DNA from: Paraspadella gotoi
Lineage: Eukaryota > Animalia > Chaetognatha
Length of the DNA stretch: 36,410 nucleotides
NCBI GenBank assembly: GCA_051294375.1
Contig: CM119266.1
Span: forward strand, 12,319,622-12,356,031
Direction of reading: 5' to 3'
The position numbers and the translations under genes were made by a program. Every line of letters begins with the position of its first letter. Position 1 is the stretch's first letter. Below the pieces are notes generated by a model. The model searched no databases. It had not been told where the DNA came from and worked only from the letters and a program-made list of their open reading frames with translations. This document shows, piece by piece, positions 11,853-26,516 of this stretch.

Positions 11853-13017
11853 TTAATTCTCACCCAAAAGTAGGTTATCCTCTTTTGTCTCGATCTTCCC
11901 CTCAAAAAAGAATCCAAAAAAGATTTTTGGTTTATATCGAGACTTAAAATGAAATAATAACTGGTTTTATTCTTATCTGAGAACAGCTCTACCCCGGCGG
12001 CCGGAAGGGCCTCGTTAGAACCGGCGTTTTTTGAATTAAAAAAAAAATTAATGTCTCTGTCTCTCTTTCCCTTTTTTTTTTTAACTTGAGAACCGAACAC
12101 ACAGTTTTTAAGATATTAAAAAAAATTGATTTTGTTCTCGTTTTTCCCGCCGCTTAACTTCTCGGTCCGTTGCATCTCTGAGACCGACTCTTCCTCATCC
12201 TCCTCATCCTCCTCTTCCTCCTCCAGCCCTCTTCGCCACTCGATGTGAACTTACCACACCTTTGGAACATTTGAGATTCGATCTTATCTCGGAATCTCGG
12301 CGAGTCGTCATCGTCTCTGGCCCCGAATTTTTTTTTTTCCTTTTAATTTCTAGGAGAAAAAAAATGATTTGATATTTTTATGTTATTTTTTCTTCGAGAG
12401 CGCGATAAAAATTTGGACACACCTATATTTTCCTAACATGTAAAAACACATTTCAGTTTCTCTCTCTCTCTCTCCCTCTTTCCCTCCACGTCTATAAATT
12501 AAAAAAAACTCGCCCGTTCAGCATTTTTCTCGTCATAACCATTGGACATCGCATAAATATCTTCCAAAACGGATCTTTAGTTTTTTTGTTTTTTTTTCTT
12601 CTTTTGGCTTTTTTGTTGCTATGTGCATTAGGGAGATAAGTTTACAAACAAGAAAATTTTTTTTTCTTTTTCTCTTCTTCTGTAATCTTTTCATCCTTTT
12701 TCTTCTTTGCTGAACAAGAATTCAAGCCTCATTTTTTAATTTTTTTTAGAAATTAATTTTCGAAACTTTTTTTAAATTTTCATTCGATTTTGGTTTCCAA
12801 CGAATCTTCGCTCCTCACTTCCGCCCTTCGATGCCCTTTTGTCTTGGCCATTTCCAGACTTTTCCCTTTCCGTCGATTTTCAAGACTTTTTCACTGACTT
12901 TTTTGCAGCGACGACGATTACGACGACGACAACGACGACGACTGCAACAGCGTCGAAACTTACCTAAAAAAAGCCGCTTAGGATTTTCTCGGAAGGTGGC
13001 GTTAATTCGAACACGCT

Positions 13018-13021
<4 letters not shown>

Positions 13022-13066
<45 letters not shown>
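13022..13066. repeat. (CT)n microsatellite
   Basis: Direct reading, duplicated at ~24184-24230. Confidence 0.95.
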
Positions 13067-13068
<2 letters not shown>

Positions 13069-13422
13069 TTTCAAAAAGACTAACCGGCGATTATTTGCGA
13101 TTAACGCCGACGGGGAGTGAAAATAAAAAGAGGCCGAAATGAGAAATGGGGATAATTTAAAAGGTCGGAATTTCGCTCAATATTTTTTTTTTTTTAAACT
13201 GCAATAACTCTTTCTTTGTCACTTTCGTTTGCTCTTCTCTCCCTTACTCTACATGATTACGTAAGCAATTTATATCAACGAAATTACCTATTTTATTTAA
13301 CTAATCTCAATAACTTTAAACGTACACATAGATCTTTACCACTTTTGCTGTCACCCTGGTTTTGATTTGGGACGGTAGGTCCGTCAATCGAGAGTCAAGA
13401 ATTTGCCAAGAGACATTCGTCA

Positions 13423-13447
13423 NNNNNNNNNNNNNNNNNNNNNNNNN
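13423..13447. other. Assembly gap (25 N) at the duplication junction
   Basis: Run of 25 N. Other gaps: 26151-26160 (10), 26900-26939 (40), 27983-27992 (10), 28071-28095 (25), 33153-33177 (25), 35343-35502 (160), 35680-35779 (100). Confidence 0.99.
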
Positions 13448-16400
13448 TGTTTGATTTGCGAAATTCGCGCCGCTTGTTTTCTTCCTTTTACATAATTGGC
13501 ATTCCTCCTCGGTTCGTTTGTCGAATTTTCTCAGGGTGTTAAACCTAGATCATCTGTAAAGGACAAAGACCAATTAGGAAACTTTTTCTTCGCCATCGTT
13601 CGTTCCGGTCGTTTTCGTGTCGAGTTTAACCGAATTAAAGCTTGAATCCTCTTGGAATTTCGATGGGCTGCACAGACGCGACCGAGACTATCTTCGATCT
13701 GCCTTCGCGTCATTCGTTCGCCTTTTAGACGTTTTTGTTCTCTTTCGATCTTGAGCGGATTATTTTTTCCTTTGTGTTCTCTATAAATTATCATTAACCT
13801 TGTAACTTATCTTTATACGCGAAGTGGTCTCCAGGATTGCAGAAAGTGTTTTTTTTTCTATTTGGTCAAAATTATTTTATAATTTATAACGTAAACTGGT
13901 TTTTAGTATTTTTTTTATTTTACATTTATTTTGTCTCCGTTCTATTTCATTTGGGCGCGTGTTCCCCGCTTGGCCGAGGCCAGGTCGAGAGTACTTTCAC
14001 TTACCTTTTCATAACCTCGTAATCAACAATCATTCATTCAAAGAAGCTAATTACGACGATGCGTACCGACGAGAAAGGGATAATTATCCGATAATCATAC
14101 CACGGACGAAACCTAGTTCTTTGGTTTGAAATATTAATCGGCTTTATTGGGCCCACGGTATCTGTCGAATTTTAGGGAATCACGCAGAGAGAGACAGAGA
14201 GACAAGGACACGGGAGAGATAAAGAGGGAATAATAAAACTTGCAATCTTCACTTTATTTCTTAGTATTCAATCCGAAAAGAAAAAAAATCACTTTATCGC
14301 GAAGCTTAAAAAGCCTTAAACGCTGTTCTATCATAGTTCCAATGTAAACTTCGCGGAAACCGAACCCAAAAAAAAGCAAATCTGTTGTCACTCCCGAAAT
14401 CACGATCGCCGACGACGAAAGCCGAGAATGTCTTCCTTTTTCAGCCGACCAACGGGATCCCAACCATCTCCTTCGACTGTGACCATTTTAACCCAATCAC
14501 CGTTGGATTCGCAAGCGTTCAAAAAAGGCGCGAAAAAAACGATGGCAGGGTGAGAAAACGAGTGGTTCAGTTCTCATCCGGGCGCGAAAAGTTTCGAGCA
14601 GATGGATCGCGAGTCTATATTCACATGCAATGTGGTCGCGTCGTCGGCTTTTTACTACGTTCTATCGGTCGGTTTGCTTGTGTTGTTAAAATGACTAGTG
14701 ACCAGCTGGCCAAAACTTAAGCGAGACTGCGATTCAAATTGAATCTCTTAAAATTGTAGTACAGTTGTGCCAGACAGGATAAACTTTTTAACCCCTTACT
14801 TGCCATCCTAAGTAAAAAACAATATCTATACATAAATATGACCATCATGACCCTGTATTAACTTTACAAACCTAGCGAGTGATTGAGTAATCGGCTATAT
14901 TATAGTCATTTTGTCGTCGTTTTCGTGCGTCGTGTTCAGTCATCTTTTCATTGTCTTTCGGTCGTCATCGCCTTTCTCCTTCGCGCCCGCTCGTTCAAAT
15001 TTCGCCTTTTTGCGTTCGGATTTCTCGTCGCCTCAAGTCTCTTAAAAAGGGGGAGAAAGATTGGGAGAGAGGTAAAGGGTAAAGAGGAGGGTAGGAGAGG
15101 GGGAGGGAAAGGAAAATAGTGGAGGTTAATGGAGAGAAACTGAGGGGCCATGTAGAGATGAGTCCAAAGCTCCAGCGCGTGCCGGAAAATCGAAATGAGC
15201 CTTCTCGCTAAAAAAGATTTCCACTTTACCGCAAACTTTTTCACCCCGTTCACTCTCTTCCTTACCCCCACCCTGTTTGAATTTCCCCGCGTCTCTGCGG
15301 ACGTTTCCTCGCTCCAACGATCTCTCGCGGCTTCCAGCTCAGCCGCTGCTCCACTGCGACTGCCTCGACTTTTGCGGTCCTTTAAAAATATAATGGAAGC
15401 TCACATGAAATTAGTTGTACGTAAAATTACCAGAATTTTTCTGGAAAAAGGATTGAATTAGTTTTCGATAATAATAAGAGATGAACAAAAAATCTGAATA
15501 GATTTTGATTAATTATAAATGTTGAAGATGTACATATGAAACTCTTCCTTCTCTGGCCTCTCTTCTCCTCTCTCTTCCTTCTCTCTCTCTCTCTCTCTCT
15601 CTAGACCGGACTCTATGACCCGTCATTGGAACTTGGGGTTCTTTGTTTGGACAAGGCATCTAGTATACCCTACCTTTCCAACCGCTGCAACGCGCCGGCT
15701 TTGCCCCACCAAACCCCTAACTTTAAATCCAAGGTTACATTTCTAGCCTCCCAGACCGTGAATTTCTTCAGCGTTCATCGACCGTTTCATGCTTCGCGTG
15801 TTCGACACTCGTCCGTTAGGATTTCGTCAATGAGAAAACGAATATTCGGCCAATCGGCGTTGGAAATGTTTATCCGATTCCAACGTGCCGACATTTACTC
15901 TCTCTTTCTTCTCTTCGCCTCGGAGTCCCTTACCTTTTTCTTCCAAAGTCTCTTTTAGCCCCAAAACCGGTCGACGTTATGCAAATGAGAATTTACATTT
16001 GCTTGATCATCGACGTCGTCCTGATTAACCAAATTACCATAATCGTCTGGTCGGTCTGCCGAATTGGCCGAGAGCTACTCGACCACGTGCACCAATCGGC
16101 ACTCGATTCCGTCGGCCGGTTTCTCCTCCAACGGTCGTCAAACGTACGCGGGATTCGCTCCTTCGGATTTACGATGGATATTTATTTTACTCAAATTGGT
16201 TTTAGCTCCGAACTTAGTCAGAGGAAAGTAATAATAACATTTGGTTAAAAAATGAACAAACTCATTCTTTAAAAAGAAAAAAAAATTTTTGCTGCCGTTT
16301 CCGAAAATTGAAATTTGTTCAAAACCAAAACTGTTTATCGTTAAACAAAAAACATAGTAATAGGCTAAAGGTAAACAGTGAAAAAACTTTCGTGTACCCA

Positions 16401-19400
16401 AATAAAAAAAAATTTTTCCTAGATTTTAAAAATAACCTTACCCAACAGTTGAAAACTTATTTTGCTATGCAATAACGACCCTCAAATTTTTTCTCAGTCC
16501 CGTGTCACGACTCAAACTCTTTCCTTTCACAGTCACTTCTCGCTCTCTTCACCTCGTTGTGCTATCTCATCTTTACTCACCTTATTCCGGTCTCTGAGAC
16601 ATGTTCCCTTTCTCCTTGGTCGTTCTTTATCTTCGTCGTCTTTATCGTCGTCCTAATCGATCAAACATTAGTCACAATTCGGACCCGTAACCCCGTAGTC
16701 GGCGACCCCTCGACGGTGGTAAACAACTTTTATGTCAACAAACGTGCTTCGCATAAAAAAGAAAAGGGGACAACAAAAGAACGAAACCTTTTGAAAAAAT
16801 ATAACGAAAATTTATTACAATACTAACGACGTAAACAAACCATGTAGCAAAAAAAAAGAATGAAATGAAATCTTATCCATTCATCGCACTCGACTTGTTT
16901 TTTAGTTTGAACGGATCCCATTATCTACAAATAACAAAAATAATTAAAAAAATACAATTCGTGTTAAATAGAATTTTTTATTTTAAAGTCTTATCTTTCT
17001 TTCTAAAACTGGACGGTTTGTTTATTATCTTTCCATATCGATTTAAGTCCTAATTTGGGAGAGGCTGAGGAGAGTACTTATCCGGTTGGTGTCGATTTCA
17101 ATGTCCCCTTTGGTGGGCGACGCTTTCCCCGTTACGTCGTCGTCGTTCGTCGTCGTCGCCGTTCGTACAGACGATCTCTGATTCATTCAACGAGGTCATC
17201 CAAATCTTTCTATCTCTCAATTTCCTCATCATGCATAGTTCCTCATAGTTCGCCTACTTCCTCCGCGTCGACCAGATTCAGCCGGATATTAATTTTTTAA
17301 ATAATATGCAATTTGTGGTTGTGTGTTGTATGGTGTTGTTGTTGTTGTGGGGTTCTTCGATGAGTCATCTTGTTCTTACTTCCTGCCCTTATGTCTTCTT
17401 TTAGTTTCCAAAGATTCTCCCGACGCGTTGGCTTTTTTTAGTTTCCACTTTTTGATTCTCATTTTAAAGTTTTTTGTTCAACATTTCTTCCTAATGACTG
17501 AAGTCATAATTAAGTTTTTTTTTCCGTACTCTGATCGTATTCAAGATCGTAATGAAAAAATTTTATTACTATCCAGTAAAATTTGAAAATAATTTAATTC
17601 TTTTTTTTTTTAAATGATTTTTTTTCTCATTAAATTTATTCGCCCATTTTTCCTACTCATTTACTTTTAATTGTACCCAGTTTACATTCTCGTCATTCTC
17701 TCGCCTCTCATTACCGCCTTCGATTCCTTTCCGTTTCCACATTCATTTTCCCACAAAATTTTCCATTTCCACTTTGCATCGACGCGTGGAATTCATTTCC
17801 ATCAAACGCGAGATGAGAGGTTTTTTTCGATTCTGAAACGTCCGCCTCTTTTTGTGTGTGGGCTCGCGACTGAAAGGGTAAGGTGGAGACGGTGGGCGTG
17901 CTGACGTAACTTTGGGGTAGGGGAAGCGTCTATGACGGTGACGGGAATAAAATACGAATAGAGGTAGAGACAGTCGAAAGAGGGTGTTGACGCAAACCTG
18001 TTGGCGGCAACGGGTGTCCCCAGGGCGTACGGGGAGAGAGAAGAGAGAGAGAGGAGAAGAGAGAGAGATGCAACGAGAGAGAGAGAGAGAGAGAGAAGCA
18101 AGAGAGAGAGATTGGAAGAGAAGAACTGGCATCCGTCTAAATCGCCCCGCCGGCCTTCGCGAGCCGACTCGTCGAAAAAGGCTTCTATTTTCTATCTTCA
18201 ACTTATTCCTTCGATTTTTTTTTCGAGTCAAGAGAAAAAAAAAAGGAGGCGATTTTCGGCCGCCAAAAATCGGTTGTCCGCCGAAAAAAATGAATATTGT
18301 TCTTTGAAACAGAAAAAAATGAGCATCGATTTTTTACTCACTTCGTTCCCGTGTCAAAAAAAAAAAACATTACTAAGTTTCATAGGCGATCAAAGTGATC
18401 TTTAAATATAGTTTCTTTCTCCCGCTAGAAGTCTTGTCTATCTGTCGGTCGTCGAGCTATCTTTTTTGTCAAGTTCTCGACGTAATATTTCAATTCTGTT
18501 ATCTTTTTCTGTTTCCTTTTCGCTTCTAAAAAAGTTCACGAAACGGAAGGAAGAGGAATGGAAACCGAACGAAAGGCGAATAATATTACGGTTTTCGTTT
18601 TCTTTGCTGTCGCGTCCGGACGTTTTTTTTTTCTTCGCGACAGTTTTTTCGATACTCATGTCACCCGTTCGTACGCAAATATGCGCCTGACTGAAAATTT
18701 TTTTTCTGAATATACGATTGTCGTTTTGTTTTTATCTTACGGTCCTCGCTTAATTTCTTTCATTCGCGATTGGGCTGAGATTCGTTGTATTTTTTTTTCG
18801 TCATCGTCATCTTTTCTTCGTCGTTCGTCACCGTCGTCGTCATCTTTGTCCTTTCCCGACTCGTGACGCGAACGTGAAATCCGCTCTCCGCGTCGGGGCG
18901 CCGAAATCGATTTCGTATCTCGACGCCGGAGTTTGGCATGGCATGCGCGAGACTACGAGATTCGATACTCGAGGACGCTCGTTAAGGTTTTTTCGATCGA
19001 TGGGTGACGTCACCGTTGCCGCCTCCGCTGATTGTAGTCGGGTTTCAAAATGGCGGATTAATGGTCGTGTTTAGCTAAGGTCGACTTGTTTGTTTCTTTT
19101 TCATTTATTCATTCATTCATATTGATTTATACGTTCATTCGATTGTTCGTTCATTTGATCGTCCGTTCATTCGATGTTTTGTTTGTTCATTTCTTCCTTT
19201 TATTTTAGTTAACAAAAACACAGTCTTGGCGTCATTTTTGTCCCCCCCCGCTCCCTGCCCACTTTCGATCGATCTCGATTGGAATTTCCTTTTTCGTCGT
19301 GTTCAGGTTGTGTACCAATTAACGACTAATACCCTGGCGATCCTCTCGCTCTCTCTCTTTCTTTCTCTCTCTCTCCCTCCCCGGCACGAAATCTAGATCG

Positions 19401-20129
19401 GACCGTGACTTTCGTCTCCTCTGTTCCAAAGAGTTCTGGGACTTCGTCCGTTGTGTGTGGCATGTGGGAGGACTCGACTGTTTAGATGTGGGTGGAAGAA
19501 AACAGTCTTTGTATAACCGGTTTTCGCCTGTTATTGTTTTTGTTTGTTGTTTCGAGTCGTTCCATCCATCCTTTATGAAAGTGATACAAACAATATACAA
19601 ATCATCCATTCATTTAATGAATAAACTTATCTTTCCCCTGACTTTGAACAGGCTGATGGTGGTTAAAGGCCTCCATCGCTCTTATAAGACAACAACATAG
19701 CCAGGACCCTTCAAGCTTTTATTCAAGACTATCTTACAGTCCTATTTATTCGCCCCCGGACTAGTATAATATTTCAGAGCGGTATATATTTTAAAGAACA
19801 TAAGAATTAGATCCGGAAATACTATATTTTAATTTAATTTCAACTTTTTGCACCTTTTTGTTTATTCGTTATTTATCTTAAAACATATTCCCTATTTTCT
19901 CTTTTTTCTTTTCTTCTTTGCGCTTCGAGTTGGTTCTCTTTGTTTTTCCTTCCTTCTCGCTTTGCATTGGTTCCTCTCTATTTTGCTTCTCTTTTCTCTT
20001 CTCTCATTACCTCCACGAAATGGTCTCTCGATTTTCCCTTTTTGTTCTCTCCATTTAAGACTCTCCCTCTTTCTCTCTCTGACACCCTGGGAACCAGTGA
20101 CGGCGCCATAGTCGGATCTACCTTTCTCT

Positions 20130-20204
<75 letters not shown>

Positions 20205-20335
20205 AGGCAATCGTCACCTGGGTAAATATTGACATTCACCCGGATTCGAAACCCCGGACGCTGCCTCTTTTTCCATTTGTTTTGCCAATTTTAGGACTCT
20301 CTCCCTCTCTCTCTCTCTGTCTTTCTCTCTGTCTT

Positions 20336-20366
<31 letters not shown>

Positions 20367-22886
20367 TTCTCTCTCTCTCTCTTCTTTTTTTTCTCTCTCT
20401 CCATTTTTTTCATTTATGATATCATTGTCAGTTCTACCACCCAAGAAAATAAAAAATTGTCTAGAATGTAAAAAAAAATATAATTATAAGTAAACCACAT
20501 GGCTTTTTCATCGAGGGTTCATTCGATATTCGGTTTCTAATTTATAAAAACAACAAAATCATTTTTAAGCTTTTTCTCTCTCTTACTGCCCTCTCTTCCT
20601 TCTGAGAGATTTGTATTTCTCCTCCTTCTTTTCCTCTCCCCTCTCTATCTCGCGCTCTGTCCGGTGATTTTCAACCTTCACTTGGACGGACACGCTTTGC
20701 CTTCGAAATCGAGAGCACGTCGTCCAGCGACTCATTCTTCCTCTCGTTTGTCTTTTGTTTTTTTTTAGCCCCCAAAATTTTTTTCGCGCCCCTCTCGTCA
20801 AATTCGAAAACGGAGAGGAAAAAAAAAAGAGCAGCGGAGCGATAAGCGCAAACAATAAAAACTAAATTTGTTCTGAACCAACCAAACCCGTTGGCCAACT
20901 CGCTCTCTCGCCAGCATTTTTTTTTTTCGTTTCAAAAACATAAAAACAAAAAAAAAAAAACAAGTACAAATGTTGATTCTTAAAATGGACTCCGCGTTTA
21001 TTGCCTTGAATTTTCTCTCTCTCTCTCTCTCCCGTCGCGAAGTCAGATTCTCTCTTCGATTCGATCAACGAAGTCAGCGACTTTTTTTTGTTTAATTCGA
21101 TCATAACCCGAATTTGCTTGGCGTAGTTGGCGGCGTTGGCGGCGGCTCGGCGTCGCGGCGGCGTCGGCGCGTCGGCGGCGAAGAGAAAGTTAACGCACCC
21201 CGTGGTTTTCTGGCAGTGATTTCATGTCGGAACGGCAGGGTTCACGCGGTGGCGCTCGGAATGTTAGCATTTGTTAAAAATTCAACCTTCCAGGAATTTA
21301 AAAGAAAAAGTTAGTAATGGTCAAATGAATAATTGAATATCCTCTTGGCTGTTTGTGTTGCACTTGTGACCTCTTTTCTAATTACAATTTAGAAATAGTG
21401 TACATTACTAAATCATCCCTCATAACTTAGCGTCGTATTCCTCCCTCCTAATTCGCTCCCTCATTTCACCTCCATTATGGGAGATCCCGAGAAGATAAAG
21501 TCTTTCACTCTCTCCGCGGTTTCAAATTTTTGTTGTTACCTTCTGCGTATAACGAAGTAGACTCATTGTTTACGCAAACCCGGGTCGTATTTTCTCCCTG
21601 AAATCAGGTTATCTTCTCTTATCGAACGTATTTAATGAAAGGTAAAGAAATATTTTTCTGGCCGATGGTGATTTATTCTTGTTTTTTTTTTCTTTGCTCT
21701 TTAACTCGCAACACATTTAACCTCCCCTGGTCCCCCGGGCGCAACCCTTTTCTCTACCCCTCTCTCCCTTCTCCCCCTTTCCCCCCCTTCTCGCCAGTCC
21801 TTCTCAAATAACCCCCTTAGAATGCCTTACATCCATAAAACACTTGACCTTCCCCTTAAAACATCGTCGGCGCATGATTTCGTGCGTCTTAAAAGGCCGA
21901 CTTATTCACTTCAATATTCTCCTTCATTCATTACCGGTCGGTAAAACTATGAAGGAGGCTGCCATGACCCTTTACTGGGTTCCCCCCTTTCCTTCATATC
22001 TTCCCTCCTCCCTTCCCTTTCTCTCTCTCCCTTCTTTGATTTCCTTCTTCTCCCTCTCGGCGTGATGTTCGTTTGTTCTTCGATCCCCCAACTTCGCTAC
22101 GGTTTGTACGAATTCAAGATTCTGATACCCCGTCTCTCCACACTTCACACGTACATATTAAATACCATTCTCCAATTTATTCTTATTTCATTTCCCCACC
22201 TAATAATCCATATTACAATATAAAATTGTAATAACCCTTCTACTACTGTTTTTTAAAACTTTCGTTTCACTATTTTTCCAATTAACGATTCGCATTACCC
22301 CCACGCGGATACTCTTGTCCCCCATCCTCCACTCATCGAATCCTTTCCGGGAGTGGGCAATTAACTCCACCCCACTCTGAATGATTTGTGTTCTCCCTCT
22401 GCTCCCGACGCTTTTTCCTTTACTAAGACATTCTTCATGTTCTTCTCCCTTAGAAAATGATGTCCGACCGACGGTGTATTTGAGTTTGATAACGAGCTCT
22501 GGGATTGTTGTTGTTGTTTTTGTTGTTAAGTATTGTTGTTGTGTTTAATGTTTTGGTTTATCTCGTTGTTGAAGTTTTTCTAATTTTCTCTCACCTAGAA
22601 TTGGAAATTAGTTCGGTGTCCGCAGTCCTTGCGTTTTCTCTGTGATGAGTACACTTGCTTTAATAACGATAAAATTACGACCAATTTTCTGAATGCCTTT
22701 AATAAAATAGAACAATTCGGTCATTTTTTTAATGATAAACGTGACTTTGGCACTTTTCGTTGTCTCAAAAAAGTCTCCCAACTTAATTCCGCACTAGATG
22801 AATTCCATTATTTTATAATTGCCTTTATCTGTCTTGGGAATGAAAGCGAAGGTTGGACGCGGATAATTGAATCTTGATCGTCCTTA

Positions 22887-22932
<46 letters not shown>

Positions 22933-24179
22933 AGAGAGAGATAGAGAGAGACAGAGAGAGAGAGAGAGAGAAGGAGAGAGATAGATAGATAGATTAATTC
23001 TCACCCCCAAAAGTAGGTTATCCTCTTTTGTCTCGATCTTCCCCTCAAAAAAAGAATCAAAAAAGATTTTTGGTTTATATCGAGACTTAAAATGAAATAA
23101 TAACTGGTTTTATTCTTTTGATTGAGAACAGCTCTACACCCGGCGGCCGGGAAAGGGCCTCGTTAGAACCGGCGTTTTTGAATTAAAAAAAAAATTAATG
23201 TCTCTGTCTCTCTTTCCCTTTTTTTTTAAACTTGAGAACCGAACACACAGTTTTTAAGATATTAAAAAAAATTGATTTTGTTCTCGTTTTTCCCGCCGCT
23301 AACTTCTCGGGCTTCCGTTTGCATCTCTGAGACCGACTCTTCCTCATCCTCCTCATCCTCCTCTTCCTCCTCCAGCCCTCTTCGCCACTCGATGTGAACT
23401 TACCCACACCTTTGAACATTTGAGATTCGATCTTATCTCGGAATCTCGGCGAGTCGCTCATTCGTCTCTGGCCCCGAATTTTTTTTTTCCTTTTAATTTC
23501 TAGGAGAAAAAAAATGAAATTTTGATAATTTTTATGTTATTTTTTCTTCTTTCCGGAGAGCGCGATAAAAATTTGGACACCACTATATTTTCCTAACATG
23601 TAAAAACACATTTCAGTTTCTCTCTCTCTCTCTCCCTCTTTCCCTCCACGTCTATAAATTAAAAAAAAACTCGCCCGTTCAGCATTTTTCTCGTCATAAC
23701 CATTGGACATCGCATAAATATCTTCCAAAACGGATCTTTAGTTTTTTTGTTTTTTTTTCTTCTTTTGGCTTTTTTGTTGCTATGTGCATTAGGGAGATAA
23801 GTTTACAAACAAGAAAATTTTTTTTTCTTTTTCTCTTCTTCTGTAATCTTTCAATCTTTTTCCTTTCATGAAAAAGAATTCAAGCCTCATTTTTTAATTT
23901 TTTTAGAAAATTAATTTTCGAAACTTTTTTTTAAATTTTCATTCGATTTTGGTTTCCAACGAATCTTCGCTCCCACTTCCGCCCTTCGTATGCCCTTTTG
24001 TCTTGGCCATTTCCAGACTTTTCCCTTTCCGTCGATTTCAAGACTTTTTCCACTGACTTTTTTGCAGCGACGACGATTACGACGACGACACGACGACGAC
24101 TGCAAAACAGCTCGAAAACCTTACCTAAAAAAGCGCTTAAGGATTTTCTCGGAAGTGGCGTTAATATCGAACACGCTAT

Positions 24180-24230
<51 letters not shown>

Positions 24231-24585
24231 CTTTTCAAAAAGACTAACGGCGATTATTTGCGATTAACGCCGACGGGGAGTGAAAATAAAAAGAGGCCGA
24301 AATGAGAAATGGGATAATTTAAAAGGTCGGAATTTCGCTCAAGTATTTTTTTTTTTTTAAACTGCAATAACTTTTCCTTTGTCACTTTCGTTTGCTCTTC
24401 TCTCCCTTACTCTACATGATTACGTAAGCAATTTATATCAACGAAATTACCTATTTTATTTAACTAATCTCAATAACTGTAACGTACACATAATCTTTAC
24501 CACTTTGCTGTCACCCTGGTTTTGATTTGGACGGATAGGGTCCGTCAATCGAGAGTCAAAGAATTTGCCAAGGAGACATTCGTCA
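13448..24585 (+). repeat. Copy 2 of ~11.1 kb direct duplication
   Basis: Begins immediately after a 25-N gap. Dense 1-2 nt indels relative to copy 1, heaviest near the gap. Continues into unique sequence after 24585. Confidence 0.97.
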
Positions 24586-25407
24586 CGAGATTCGCGTTGT
24601 TCCGAATTCCGATTTCCGATCAGATTTTGTCACAACCGCAAATATTTTTTCTTGTTTTTTTTTTTTTTTTTTTTCTTTTGACTTTTGTCAGAAAGGATTT
24701 CGAGTTTAGCAAAAGCTTTCCGCGTAAAAGTCAAAACGTCCGTAACGGCGCAGCGTGATCATAAGTTGCTTATAGCTCAATGTCTATAGCACCCGTGCAT
24801 CATATTATTGAATAGGACTTGGACCGGTATTTAATTTACGGTTCCTCAAATTTACGCCGTCAATTTCACGCCACATTCCCGTCCGTCTCAACCGGTTCCG
24901 ATATCAACTTGTCTCCAAACAAAACAAAACATAAAAAACAACAACAATGAAACGCCGTAAAAAATTTGTCGCGAAATATTCGTCAGTCGTACACGCCCCC
25001 TTGAGTTAAATCCTGGGAATGCCCGATCGCTTCTCGTTCATTCCGCGCCAACATTAACGCCAAAACGTCACGCTCGATCGCAGTCCATGCTGTGAGAAAA
25101 GACAGGAAAGAGAAGGGCGACACCAGTTTTTCTGTTCTTCATGACTTCGTTTTCTCCGCTTTTCTCGAGCTTCGTTCGGAGAATCTTGTTTTTCCTTTTT
25201 TTCCTAATTCCGTTCGAATCGGTATCATCTTCATCGTCGTCGATGTCGTCGTCGTCGTCGTCGTCGTCGTCCATGTTTTTCCCCTTGTTTGTCTTCTTTG
25301 ATCCTTAACTTAGCAACAAAAAAAAAGAAAACTTTCTCGAATCCCGCAACAATTCGAAAAAGTCTTTACTTCCCCCCGAAATCCGGGTCCGCGCGGCCTC
25401 TCCTCCG

Positions 25408-25482
25408 CCTTGTGTGCCTTTGCCTTTCCCTCGCCGTGACTTACCTTTGCCTCGCCGTGCCTTACCTTGCCTTTCCTCTCCT
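25408..25482. repeat. Short degenerate minisatellite, unit ~CCTCGCCGTGMCTTACCTTTG (~21 bp)
   Basis: Two clear units plus degenerate flanking units. Confidence 0.7.
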
Positions 25483-26485
25483 TAATCCCAAGCTTTTGGA
25501 TCAAACAAAATCAAACAGAGAGAGAGAAATCTCCCTGCGAAGTTCGCCTTTTGACGCTTCGTCGCCCGTTCGTCCAGAAAATGCGGGAAGACCCGGATGA
25601 GATTGAAAATCCGTTGGCGGGAGATTTAAGGGTGAAGAGAATGATAGTTCCGCGTATATTCTGTTGATATTTTAATTATCGATTTTTAACAGGCGAATCA
25701 ACTGAAAACTGCATGTGTTTAAAAAGCATTTGCTCGGTTTCGAATGTTTTCACGATTACACGCTTCTGGTCCTTGCCATTACAGGAAGTTCTTTCATTAT
25801 CAATTCTAAGTCTCCAACAAAAAAAGACACTTAGCCTGGACTATGTTTCGTCCGTCTTCAAAAAAAAAGTCCGTGACCTTTTCGCCGTGGCCCGGACACA
25901 CGTTCCGGAACTGCGGGCGTAAACAGCGTCGGTTTTTGTCTCGACTCCAAATTGGTTCTGTTTTCTATCAAAGATCCTTCGTTTTCGCGCTACCAGGAGA
26001 ACGAGTCTCCGGCCCCTCGTTAACCGATAAACAATTAAGCGACTGACGTCGAAACCGCGGTAATTACAGCGCGCTGTCGACGCGGCGCTGTTCTGCTTAC
26101 GGCGCGGCGCTGTTCCGCCCCGAATTACGACAACTGTTATTGGCGAAGACNNNNNNNNNNTAGACATGAGGAGTCCCCGCTTTTTGATCCGTCTCGTCGC
26201 TTCGTTTGAATTTTATTGCGCGGATCGTTTTATTTAATTTTGTTTTAATCTACATTTTATTTCTTAAAAAACGCGATATTTTATATGATAATTTGGATCG
26301 TCTTGTTTCATTTAATTTCTTACGACTCTATTTCTTTAACGAAACTTTTCTTTTGGTTCTAGTTTAAATTTCGCTTCTCACAGTAAATATTTTTTTGTTT
26401 CTCTTTGTCTGAAAAACAAATGGAGATGAAATACTTCATCATCAATTCACACCTTACGCCCCTTTCCCTCGGGCTGCACCTAACT

Positions 26486-26516
<31 letters not shown>

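Larger units (their letters stand above)
2353..13422 (+). repeat. Copy 1 of ~11.1 kb direct duplication (largely non-coding, probably intronic)
   Basis: Colinear with 13448-24585 throughout. Shared start GTTTGATTT..CGCGCCGCTTG, shared end GAGACATTCGTCA, and paired ORFs such as 8349/19455 and 12831/23990. Confidence 0.97.

Noticed and set aside
12160-12325. (TCC)n-containing GC-rich block with a minus-strand GTAAGT
   Set aside because: The apparent coding character comes from the trinucleotide repeat, and no supported exon chain exists.
24770-24850. TAGCTCAATG resembling a tRNA A-box
   Set aside because: No cloverleaf stems or proper T-loop at the right distance.
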